From UHGV virus genome UHGV-0206448: DNA of 41,488 nucleotides. One strand, 5' to 3'. A model generated the notes under the pieces. The model ran no database searches, was not told the DNA's origin, and saw only the letters and a program-made list of their open reading frames with translations. Position 1 is the stretch's first letter; each line of letters begins with the position of its first letter. Origin of the DNA: a virus. A program made the translations under genes and the position numbers. Positions 11,427-19,043 of the stretch are shown here, one piece after another.

Positions 11427-11675
11427 ATGAAAAAAATTAACTGGATTGTAAGAATTAAAAACAAGGCATTCTGGGTTGCACTGATCCCGGCACTGTTGCT
11501 GTTGGTACAGGCTATCGCGGCAGTGTTTGGGCTTACCATCGACCTTGGAGACCTTGGGGATAAGCTGTTAACCGTAATCAATGCGCTCTTTGCAGTGCTG
11601 GCGATCCTCGGTGTAGTGGTAGACCCAACAACACCGGGCACAGGAGATTCAGAACGAGCGCTTACATATAAGTAA
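11427..11675 (+). CDS. Holin, phage phi LC3 family.
   Basis: 82 aa. N-terminus 'MKKINWIVRIKNKAFWVALIPALLLLVQ' is characteristic of LC3-type holins. Two TM segments. RBS AAAGGAG. Confidence 0.85.
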   Translation: MKKINWIVRIKNKAFWVALIPALLLLVQAIAAVFGLTIDLGDLGDKLLTVINALFAVLAILGVVVDPTTPGTGDSERALTYK

Positions 11676-11682
11676 ATAGCTA

Positions 11683-11711
11683 GAGGGCTTGTAAACAGGC
11701 TCTCTTTTATT
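11683..11711 (+). terminator. Terminator-like hairpin after the holin.
   Basis: AGAGG(GC)...(GG)CCTCT stem with a ~9-nt loop, followed by TTTTATT. Confidence 0.4.
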
Positions 11712-11744
11712 GTGTGACATCGTACAGGAAGGAGAAGAACGATT

Positions 11745-12254
11745 ATGAAATTTGAACAGGCATTAAAAGCAATGAAGAACGGAGAAAAAGTAAAACTGCC
11801 ATCTTGGGGTGGCTATTGGTATTGGGATTCGGACAAGGAAACGGTAATGATTCAATGTAGACCACAGGACAGTGATAATGGAGAATTACTTGATATCAGA
11901 GAAACACAGAGGGTTGAGTACACTCTTCTCAATGTGGCATCTGACGAATGGGAGATTGCAGACGAAAAGAATTGCCCGGTACTTGGTGGAATTGCAACAT
12001 TTTCATTTGGTGAAGCAATCAAATATATGAAACGTGGAATGAAAGTGAAACGTAAAGGCTGGAACGGAAAGAGTCAGTACATTCAGCTTGCTACCGGAAT
12101 CTCATATAAGGCTGCATCTGGGGAGGTTGTGAATTGTGAACATGAAGCCATTGGTAATATGGCAGTAGCTTTTGTCGGTACATCTGGTGTACAAATGGGA
12201 TGGCTCGCATCACAAGCTGATATGCTGGCAGATGATTGGGTATTTGTAGATTAA
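11745..12254 (+). CDS. DUF2829 / Tad2-like protein with a duplicated N-terminal repeat.
   Basis: 169 aa. Two copies of the 'F(E/G)xA(L/I)KxMKxGxKVK' motif. Hallmark 'KRKGWNGK' and C-terminal 'WLASQADMLADDWVFVD' match the DUF2829 consensus. Confidence 0.6.
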   Translation: MKFEQALKAMKNGEKVKLPSWGGYWYWDSDKETVMIQCRPQDSDNGELLDIRETQRVEYTLLNVASDEWEIADEKNCPVLGGIATFSFGEAIKYMKRGMKVKRKGWNGKSQYIQLATGISYKAASGEVVNCEHEAIGNMAVAFVGTSGVQMGWLASQADMLADDWVFVD

Positions 12255-12285
12255 TTGTGCGACATCGCACGGAGGAGGTGAGAAC

Positions 12286-12375
12286 ATGAGCGAACAGAAC
12301 GAATTTGGCAGAACAACAGCAGAGGAACTGGAAAAAGTATTTGAAGCAGAAGAGCAGGAGGAAGAGAAAGAATGA
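12286..12375 (+). CDS. 29-aa acidic micro-ORF, translationally coupled to the endolysin through an ATGA overlap.
   Basis: Strong RBS GGAGGAGGTGAGAAC before the ATG. Peptide 'MSEQNEFGRTTAEELEKVFEAEEQEEEKE'. Its stop overlaps the endolysin start. Confidence 0.3.
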   Translation: MSEQNEFGRTTAEELEKVFEAEEQEEEKE

Positions 12376-13175
12376 AAATTGGCTTAAGGGGAGGTCACTC
12401 CCCAAATTGTAAAGGTGCAATAGGTCTGATCGATGAACAGGCGGAAGTGCGGAAGATCTACAACGAACTTGTACCGATGCTACAGGCAGTCGGGCATACT
12501 GTGGTTGATTGTAATTCCAACGCATCCAATGTGTCCAGCGAGTTATCTGACGGAACAAATAAGGCGAATAGTGCCGGGTGCGATATTTACGTAACTTTGC
12601 ACATGAATGCGGCAGGAGCGGCGTCAGCTGGCGGTACAGAGGTGTGGTTATACGATGCATCTAACCAGACCATGAATACGATCGCAAGTAATATCTGCAA
12701 AAATTTTGCCGGAAAAGGATTTGCGAATCGTGGAGTTAAATACAGTTCCGGATACCACGATCTGAATGCATCGAACATGCCGGCTATGATCGTGGAGACG
12801 TTATTTTGCACCGGAACAGACGATGTGGCCAGATACCGGAGCTTAGGAGCGAGAGGGATTGCTGAGCTGATCGCAAAGGCAATCGACAGCAAAGCATCCG
12901 CAGGAAGTGGACATGGAAACAAACAGAATACAGAAGATCAGGAAGGAGAAGAGACTATGCAGTGTATGTTTACAGTAGAGGGAAAAGGATGTGTATATTG
13001 GTATCATGATGATAAGATTACGGCTTTGGGACATCCGGATGAGATGAAGATCCTGATGGATATTTACAAAGCGAACAATGGGAGAGATATGCCATCTTAT
13101 CATTGGACAAAGAAAGCGCCGTGGCACGCAAGATTACTTGCGGTGCTGAACAGAAAACCATCTACATCTATCTAA
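12372..13175 (+). CDS. Endolysin: N-acetylmuramoyl-L-alanine amidase (Amidase_3 catalytic domain) plus a C-terminal domain of unknown type, presumably cell-wall binding.
   Basis: 267 aa. Amidase_3 hallmarks: 'IGLRGGHSPN', 'TLHMNAAGA', 'EVWLYDASN', 'MIVETLFCTGTDD'. The C-terminal ~85 aa match no obvious SH3/LysM pattern. Confidence 0.9.
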   Translation: MKIGLRGGHSPNCKGAIGLIDEQAEVRKIYNELVPMLQAVGHTVVDCNSNASNVSSELSDGTNKANSAGCDIYVTLHMNAAGAASAGGTEVWLYDASNQTMNTIASNICKNFAGKGFANRGVKYSSGYHDLNASNMPAMIVETLFCTGTDDVARYRSLGARGIAELIAKAIDSKASAGSGHGNKQNTEDQEGEETMQCMFTVEGKGCVYWYHDDKITALGHPDEMKILMDIYKANNGRDMPSYHWTKKAPWHARLLAVLNRKPSTSI

Positions 13176-13181
13176 TAAAAT

Positions 13182-13215
13182 CCCCTCGGAGATCAGCTCT
13201 CTGAGGGGAATAATA
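13182..13215. terminator. Hairpin terminator at the end of the late/lysis operon.
   Basis: CCCCTCGGAGA-TCAGC-TCTCTGAGGGG (11-bp stem, one mismatch), flanked by A/T-rich sequence on both sides. Confidence 0.5.
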
Positions 13216-13247
13216 TTATTTGTCAGTGAAATGTATTTTTTAATAAA

Positions 13248-13275
13248 TTCAATTCAAACCCCTCTGTGCTATAAT
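13248..13275 (+). promoter_or_regulatory. Sigma-A-like promoter (TTCAAT-16-TATAAT) for the intergenic moron ORF.
   Basis: -35 TTCAAT at 13248-13253, 16-nt spacer, -10 TATAAT at 13270-13275. Confidence 0.4.
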
Positions 13276-13306
13276 ATATGTAGTTAATACAAGAGGGGGA
13301 ACAAGT

Positions 13307-13486
13307 ATGGAATATCAGATCTACGAATCTTACGATACATTTTTACTATACCAAGAGTTTATGGAGATACCGGGAAATTCTTTCAAATTCCGGCTGCCAG
13401 TAGGTATGACTCTGACAACCGAAATGATGCACACCTTTTTACGAGCTGCGTATATGAGTGTTGGACGGATGGAGTTGCCGTCCTGA
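13307..13486 (+). CDS. 59-aa moron ORF between the lysis cassette and attP/integrase. Hypothetical.
   Basis: Strong RBS AAGAGGGGGAA 6 nt before the ATG. Own promoter upstream. Too short to appear in the supplied ORF track. Confidence 0.35.
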   Translation: MEYQIYESYDTFLLYQEFMEIPGNSFKFRLPVGMTLTTEMMHTFLRAAYMSVGRMELPS

Positions 13487-13542
13487 GAATATTGTATCAA
13501 TCTTATTTTTATCAAAAAGTTACTACTTATTTAATGTGTATT

Positions 13543-13590
13543 AGTTGCATCTTAGATGTGCGAAAGAATACGCTCGTAGAAGATGCAACT
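13543..13590. other. Candidate attP core: 48-bp imperfect inverted repeat next to the serine integrase gene.
   Basis: AGTTGCATCTT...AAGATGCAACT is a perfect 11-bp inverted repeat. Partial symmetry continues inward across a 26-bp centre. It lies 25 bp beyond the integrase stop. Confidence 0.4.
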
Positions 13591-13614
13591 AATGAATAGA
13601 ATCCGAAAGCACCA

Positions 13615-15147
13615 TTATTTCGGTACTTTCGGGTACACATCAATCATAAATTCAGAGTTTTTCTGGTTCTTTTTATTCCGTTTTGTTTTGGTCAGTACAA
13701 TCCGGTCGATCAGTTTCCTTAAAGAGCTGTTCTTTTCCGGGATAGTCAGGGAGTTCCATTCGCTTAACAAGTTCTTGCACTTCGGGACAAAATTCTTTCG
13801 ATTTGCCTGCCTCGCAATCGTAGTATGTAAATCTTCCTGGGCAGCAGTGATATTGTTCATGCAGTCTCTGATCCGCTGTTCCAGTGCATTGGATCGTTCA
13901 ATGAAAATCTCTTTCGTGTAAATTCCCTGCTCTAAAAAATCAAATAAGGATTCTCTCTGCTTCAAAAGCGTCTGATGTTCAGTCTCAAAATTTGTGACGA
14001 TCAATTCTTTTGCGGCAATGGCAGCAGTATCTTCCTCATGAGTGTCAGAAAATTCATACTTGGCTATGTAGTCTTTCAGCCATCCCAGAAGAGCTTCTTC
14101 CAGTTCATCAATCCGTATTCCGACCGTGGAACATTCGGTATACTGGCAGATCAGCACATCATAGGGCGTTTTCGTCTGCGCTTTCTTGCGGACCATAAGC
14201 CGGCCGCATTGCGAGCATCTGACCAGACCTGCAAATAAATTTTGGATCGGTCTGTCATTTCTGACCGGAGAGGAAAAACAGCCTTTTGGTTGATTTGCAC
14301 GTTTGAACAGGTCTGCGCTGATGCGTGGCTCCCATGCTGCATCTGCGAGAATATAATCCGTAGCATTCGGCCGGGACTTTACCACACGACCATCCTTTAC
14401 GGCTCTGACTGTCTTACGATATCCCCAACGGACTTTCCCAATGTTTGCCGGATTTGAGATGATACCCTTGAGGGTGGAGGGAGAGAACGGCTTTCCGCTC
14501 CTTGCAAGGATTCCCATATTGGACATATAGGTACAGGCTTTTTGGTATCCGTACTGCTTATTTCCACACAGATCATACATCAGATCGAGAACCGGAGCTT
14601 CTGTCTGGCTGGGAGTAAGAGAGTAGTGTTTTCCATCTGGTGCAATGATACGCTCCCATCCATAAGGAGCAACATTGCCAACGTAATAACCATCAGAACT
14701 GGAACGTTCCCTGCCGCGCTGCATCCGGCGTTTAATTGTTGCGTATTCCCGGCGGCTCATGAATAAGCTGAACTCAAAATATTCATTGTCATATTCATTA
14801 GCTGGGTCGTAGGTTTTATTCGGTGTTACAATCCGGGTGCCGGAATAGAAAAATGCACGCTGCACACGCCCCTGATCGATCGTATCACCTCTGGCCAGAC
14901 GATCTACGTCCATTACGAGGGCGCCATCCCACATACAGGCTTCTACCTCAGAGAGGACTTGCGTCATGACTGGTCGGGCATCGATACTGTCTCCGGACAC
15001 AACTTCCCGGTAAATCGCACCGATCGGAAGAGAAAGCGTTTTGGCCAACTCCAATAGAGTGGTAATGTGGCGTTCCAGGACATCGATACCGAGTGCTTCC
15101 AGTTCAGCGTCTTTTCTGGATTTTCTGGCATAGATAAAATAAGACAT
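13615..15147 (-). CDS. Large serine recombinase (phage integrase).
   Basis: 510 aa. N-terminal resolvase-type catalytic domain ('IYARKSRKD'). Recombinase domain, zinc-ribbon ('CSQCGRLM...C') and coiled-coil C-terminus typical of large serine recombinases. RBS AGGAGTG. Confidence 0.95.
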   Translation of the reverse strand: MSYFIYARKSRKDAELEALGIDVLERHITTLLELAKTLSLPIGAIYREVVSGDSIDARPVMTQVLSEVEACMWDGALVMDVDRLARGDTIDQGRVQRAFFYSGTRIVTPNKTYDPANEYDNEYFEFSLFMSRREYATIKRRMQRGRERSSSDGYYVGNVAPYGWERIIAPDGKHYSLTPSQTEAPVLDLMYDLCGNKQYGYQKACTYMSNMGILARSGKPFSPSTLKGIISNPANIGKVRWGYRKTVRAVKDGRVVKSRPNATDYILADAAWEPRISADLFKRANQPKGCFSSPVRNDRPIQNLFAGLVRCSQCGRLMVRKKAQTKTPYDVLICQYTECSTVGIRIDELEEALLGWLKDYIAKYEFSDTHEEDTAAIAAKELIVTNFETEHQTLLKQRESLFDFLEQGIYTKEIFIERSNALEQRIRDCMNNITAAQEDLHTTIARQANRKNFVPKCKNLLSEWNSLTIPEKNSSLRKLIDRIVLTKTKRNKKNQKNSEFMIDVYPKVPK

Positions 15148-15334
15148 TGTATCACACTCCTATATAATTGTATTTAAAAAAAGGTACAAAAATAACAGCC
15201 AACACAAGAACGAATGTTCTGGATTGTATAGCTGTTCCGAAGATGATACAATATTCTTGGTCAAAATATGTGCATATCTTCGGATGTGTAGACCGTCTCA
15301 GTGTTGGTAGCACTGGGGCGGTATTTTTTTACGC

Positions 15335-15562
15335 CTATGCTGCTTTGTTATAATCGACTACTGCAAACTCGGTCAGCATAGTTTTGAGTTTTTCCAGAAT
15401 AGTTTCAATTTTCTTCAGGGTAACACCATTCAGATATTCTTCGCCACATTGAGTACATTTTTTACAAGGAACATTCTTGATGATAATGTAACAATTGTTA
15501 TATTCTGTCATATAAGTCGTTGTAGATTCTTCTACATTACCTTTACATGTAAAACACATCAT
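15335..15562 (-). CDS. YgiT/MqsA-type zinc-finger protein. Putative antitoxin partner of the DUF4258 protein.
   Basis: 75 aa with 'CFTCKG...(x)...CKKCTQCGEEY'. C-x2-C ... C-x2-C-x2-C arrangement typical of YgiT-type zinc fingers. Overlaps the upstream DUF4258 gene by 4 nt. Confidence 0.65.
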   Translation of the reverse strand: MMCFTCKGNVEESTTTYMTEYNNCYIIIKNVPCKKCTQCGEEYLNGVTLKKIETILEKLKTMLTEFAVVDYNKAA

Positions 15563-15882
15563 GATTTTTTCTCCTTTCTTGTCTCAAGATCCGATTCCCA
15601 TTTTTCGGAATCAGGATAATATGCTGTTACGATCCAAAGTGTTTCCAAATTACTTCCAACTACTACGTGAAGGTATTGATTCTTGATCGAAAGACCAAGG
15701 ATCAGACAACTTGGGAACGGATAGTCATCTGGGTATTGCTCAATTATTTTTCCACTTTGAATACAACTTATGACATCGTCTAGTAAAATTCCACGTTGCT
15801 CCAAACGTTTTGCCGCATGGAGTGTTATCTCAATATTTTCTAAAGAACATATTTCTTTTATAGAATCTATGGTAAGTTCCAA
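15559..15882 (-). CDS. DUF4258-family protein (RelE-fold putative toxin).
   Basis: 107 aa with 'HAAKRLEQRGI...YPDDYPFPSCLILG...LHVVVG...WIVTAYYPDSEKW', matching the DUF4258 pattern. Confidence 0.65.
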   Translation of the reverse strand: MELTIDSIKEICSLENIEITLHAAKRLEQRGILLDDVISCIQSGKIIEQYPDDYPFPSCLILGLSIKNQYLHVVVGSNLETLWIVTAYYPDSEKWESDLETRKEKKS

Positions 15883-15900
15883 TAATGCACCTTCTTTCTT

Positions 15901-16446
15901 TTATTTCAATAAATCATCAATGCAGATCTCGAAATCCTCAAATATTTTTAATTTGAGAATATCGTGAAAAGGTACAATCACCGGCGCGACATCTTCCTCA
16001 TATCGGTATACCGTTGTGCGTTCTCTGGCAGGATCCACAATCCAATACTCCCGAACACCTGCGTCAGTATAGAGCGTATTTTTGGTAGAATAATCCATTT
16101 TACGGCTGCTCGGTGAAACGATTTCGATGATAAAGTCAGGTGCTCCTTCACAGCCACGGTGTGAAATTTTGTTAGAATTACAGACAATGCTAATATCAGG
16201 TTCTACATAGTTTGAATCATCGTCTTTAATGAAAACAGCAAATGGAGCAGGATAAACTTTACAATTACCGTGCTTTTTACTGATATAGTTTTGCAACTCA
16301 GTTGTAAATAAAGCAACTAATTCCTGATGCAATGGGGATGGCGGCGCCATGTTATAAATTTGTCCGTCAATCAGCTCCGCTCGTTGCCCATCTGGAAGAG
16401 CATAGATGTCATCGATTGTATGTGTAGTTGTTTTTAATAATGGCAT
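15901..16446 (-). CDS. Uma2-family (DUF820) restriction-endonuclease-like protein.
   Basis: 181 aa with 'APDFIIEIVSPSSRKMDYSTKNTLYTDAGVREYWIVDP', the Uma2 signature. Confidence 0.85.
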   Translation of the reverse strand: MPLLKTTTHTIDDIYALPDGQRAELIDGQIYNMAPPSPLHQELVALFTTELQNYISKKHGNCKVYPAPFAVFIKDDDSNYVEPDISIVCNSNKISHRGCEGAPDFIIEIVSPSSRKMDYSTKNTLYTDAGVREYWIVDPARERTTVYRYEEDVAPVIVPFHDILKLKIFEDFEICIDDLLK

Positions 16447-16578
16447 GATATCACATCCTTTCTTGATTTAATTTGAATTCTCCCAGTATTTTGTATTATG
16501 TATAATCGACGAAACAGTTACACCTATCATGTAATTGCCTGCTGTGGAGCAGGGGGAGAAAAATTTACAATTTGTCTA

Positions 16579-16607
16579 TTGATGTATACAATATATTTGA
16601 ATATAAT
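16579..16607 (+). promoter_or_regulatory. Near-consensus sigma-A promoter (TTGATG-17-TATAAT) driving the small membrane-protein ORF.
   Basis: -35 at 16579-16584, -10 at 16602-16607, then RBS AAGGAGGG before the ATG at 16630. Confidence 0.5.
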
Positions 16608-16629
16608 TAAGAAAAAAGGAGGGCTTGAT

Positions 16630-16884
16630 ATGAAAAAACATATTATTTATGTAGTAAATAGTTTAATTTTTATTTTATGTTTTCTTTTTATATTGAGCAG
16701 CTTTTTCAAAATTATATCACATACATGTATAGAAGCATATCTATCTGATTCTAATAGTCTAGTTATTGTTTGGATAGTTGGGATTGTTGTAGCAGTTATT
16801 TTTACTCATCCTCTGTATCAGGAGATTCTTGCATGGAGGCTTCCTCTGAAAGAGTGGCTGCAGCTTCATCATCTAAAGCAATAG
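16630..16884 (+). CDS. Small (84-aa) two-TM membrane protein on the opposite strand from the lysogeny cargo genes. Superinfection-exclusion-like candidate.
   Basis: Strong promoter and RBS. Two hydrophobic helices ('IIYVVNSLIFILCFLFILSSFF', 'LVIVWIVGIVVAVIF'). Its 3' end overlaps the convergent 387-aa gene by about 83 nt. Confidence 0.5.
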   Translation: MKKHIIYVVNSLIFILCFLFILSSFFKIISHTCIEAYLSDSNSLVIVWIVGIVVAVIFTHPLYQEILAWRLPLKEWLQLHHLKQ

Positions 16885-17965
16885 GCTCGACTTCAAGAGC
16901 AACACATCCTGATGCTAAAGCATCAACTGGTCCACGTAAGGCTTCTGGATTGATTCCAGAGGCTTTAATTTTATTGTACAATTCGAGTTTCTTTTCAAGT
17001 ACTTGCAATTCTTTTTCGTCTGCTTCGGCATGTTTTAATCTGTAATCATCTTTAGCTGATAAAATAGATTTTATAATTTCTATAATCCCTGGCAGTTTAA
17101 ATGAAAAAGCGCTACCGCCACCTAGTAATATTAAAATTCCGAGTATGACAGTCCAGTTATTTGTCAAGAATTCTTTGACTTGATCTAATAAAAATATAAT
17201 GTCTCCCGGAGAGTTTAGTGTTACTTGAGTCGATATATTCTTTTCAGGAACTATTGATGATAAAAATTCCGTTGCTCCATAGAGAAGGCTATTAATAGAA
17301 CGAGGACCAATAGGCGTTTGTTTTCGGACACTAAATACTACTGAAATATCATTTTCAAGCATGTAATAGTTGTACAAAGTATTTAATATTTGTTTGGCGT
17401 AGCTGTCTAAGCTTGAAATTCCGTGATAGTTTGAAATAGCTCTACATAAAGAATAGTTTAATTCTTCATTTTTTACAGTTCGAAGTAAAGTAATATGTCT
17501 TCTCTTTTTGTAAGGACATGACACATCGTTTATATCGACATCGTGGTTTTCGATTCGAAATATGATATTTTTTTCCAATTCTACAGTTTTGGTTTCGTCT
17601 TCAAAATAATCACCTGCAAGAGCAAAAGTAATATAGCTACTGCGTGCACTTGGAATAACTAGGATATCATCAGTATGTATTTCATTAATAAAAGAAATAC
17701 ATTTATTAATCACTGTAGAGGGACGTTGTATTTCATTGAACTCCATTAAGATATCATCTTTTAAAGAATCTCTGGAAGATTCGGAAAAGTCAGTGTTTTG
17801 AGTAATATTATTCCAAGCTAATGCAACAAAGCGCTTCGAAATAAACTCATTATAAAAATACCCTTTTTTTGTTCTTATCATCCAAAATCTTTTAGTGCGT
17901 GGAATAACAGGAACCGAAAAAGTATCAATCCAATTTAGCACTTCATTTTCTTCATGTAATTCCAT
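16802..17965 (-). CDS. Unknown 387-aa protein: N-terminal globular domain, single TM helix, C-terminal coiled coil and acidic tail. Last gene of the repressor-ImmA operon.
   Basis: RBS GGAGAAAAGAGGAGAAAAT. TM segment 'WTVILGILILLGGGSAFSF'. Coiled-coil 'KELQVLEKKLELYNKIK'. Tail '...SEEASMQESPDTEDE'. No family recognised by eye. Confidence 0.6.
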   Translation of the reverse strand: MELHEENEVLNWIDTFSVPVIPRTKRFWMIRTKKGYFYNEFISKRFVALAWNNITQNTDFSESSRDSLKDDILMEFNEIQRPSTVINKCISFINEIHTDDILVIPSARSSYITFALAGDYFEDETKTVELEKNIIFRIENHDVDINDVSCPYKKRRHITLLRTVKNEELNYSLCRAISNYHGISSLDSYAKQILNTLYNYYMLENDISVVFSVRKQTPIGPRSINSLLYGATEFLSSIVPEKNISTQVTLNSPGDIIFLLDQVKEFLTNNWTVILGILILLGGGSAFSFKLPGIIEIIKSILSAKDDYRLKHAEADEKELQVLEKKLELYNKIKASGINPEALRGPVDALASGCVALEVEPIALDDEAAATLSEEASMQESPDTEDE

Positions 17966-18029
17966 AATATTTTCTCCTCTTTTCTCCTGTACCTTAACAC
18001 CACTTTACTCTATATAAACGCCATAGCGG

Positions 18030-18515
18030 TTATATCATTTCCATGACCGCTAAATTAGGAATAAAATAGATAACATAATTATCTACAGCAATATACTCAC
18101 CGTATTTTCCTTTATAGCAGTCAATAGCTTCTTGCAGATATTCTTCAGTGACATGTAGATGTTCTGCAACCTCATATCTATTTTGGCATCCAGCATTAAA
18201 AGCTGATATGATGCCTCGCAATCCGATCATCCGGTTATACCCGTGCAATCTTCCTTTTTGTTCTTGCTTCATATTTTCAATATCTTGTAGATCAAAGATA
18301 TCACCGACAGCAGTATGGTGATGTCCGATTTCTTCAGCTAAGACGCAAGCCTTTTCTGCGGATGTTTTCAACCTATTGGATATCGCAATTCTATTTCTGT
18401 ATATTAAACCATCACTGCCGGAAAGAGCCTTTTCGCGGACAATCAGTCCGCTACTATTAGCCTCTTCCAAAAGTTCTTCATAAATCGTCATTGTATCACT
18501 CCCATTCAGAGTCAT
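18030..18515 (-). CDS. ImmA/IrrE-family metallopeptidase (repressor-cleaving protease). Non-canonical EExxH in place of HExxH.
   Basis: 161 aa with '...CVLAEEIGHHHTAVGD...'. Overlaps and follows the XRE repressor gene, the canonical ImmR/ImmA arrangement. Confidence 0.75.
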   Translation of the reverse strand: MTLNGSDTMTIYEELLEEANSSGLIVREKALSGSDGLIYRNRIAISNRLKTSAEKACVLAEEIGHHHTAVGDIFDLQDIENMKQEQKGRLHGYNRMIGLRGIISAFNAGCQNRYEVAEHLHVTEEYLQEAIDCYKGKYGEYIAVDNYVIYFIPNLAVMEMI

Positions 18516-18972
18516 CCATCATGATGTCTTTATCGTGTTTTCTCATTTCATCTGTTACTTTAATGTCGGTTCGTTCATGAGCCGCTAATACTTCTAGATG
18601 GTTACTTGACATAGAGTAACGATCAATCAGAGTTAATTCCTCTAAACGTTTGTAAGCTTCTTTTTTCCCGAAATCATTTAACAAGTTATACAACTCCAAT
18701 AAAGCCTTTTCTGATTTTGAAATATATTCGATTGTTCCATTTCCCGTAAATAAATTTACTGTAGCTTTGTTTTTATCCCATCCCATTATATAAGATGGAG
18801 AAACATTTCCCAAATCAGCAGCAGCTTCTATCTTGTCTGATGGTATATTGGTTATAATATTGTTTTCATATTTATACAATGTTTGCTTTGATACATTTAT
18901 TTTGTCAGCAAAATCAACTTGACTCATTCCGAGTTTCGTTCTAATTTCTTTAATTCTTTCTCCAACCGTCAC
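18496..18972 (-). CDS. XRE-family HTH repressor (CI-like/ImmR-like) with a C-terminal oligomerisation/sensor domain.
   Basis: HTH 'GERIKEIRTKLGMSQVDFADKINVSKQTLYKYENN'. Chosen start is the GTG at 18972 with RBS AAAGGAG. The longer track ORF to 19050 would run through the divergent promoter. Confidence 0.8.
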   Translation of the reverse strand: MTVGERIKEIRTKLGMSQVDFADKINVSKQTLYKYENNIITNIPSDKIEAAADLGNVSPSYIMGWDKNKATVNLFTGNGTIEYISKSEKALLELYNLLNDFGKKEAYKRLEELTLIDRYSMSSNHLEVLAAHERTDIKVTDEMRKHDKDIMMDDSEWE

Positions 18973-19043
18973 ATCAATTGCTCCTTTCTTATGAAGTAAC
19001 TTAATGATAACACAAAAATGTAATAAAATCAATAAAAAATATC

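Noticed and set aside
12091-12660. 189-aa minus-strand ORF across the Tad2-like/endolysin region
   Set aside because: Antisense to two well-supported + strand genes. Lacks an RBS.
13583-13921. 112-aa + strand ORF and other small ORFs overlapping the integrase gene (13330..13515, 13975..14238, 14964..15155)
   Set aside because: They overlap the confidently identified serine recombinase or the attP region. No RBS.
18030-18515. ImmA active site reads EExxH instead of HExxH
   Set aside because: Not treated as a pseudogene: the frame is intact and gene order is canonical. The variant motif may still bind metal. Noted rather than called inactive.
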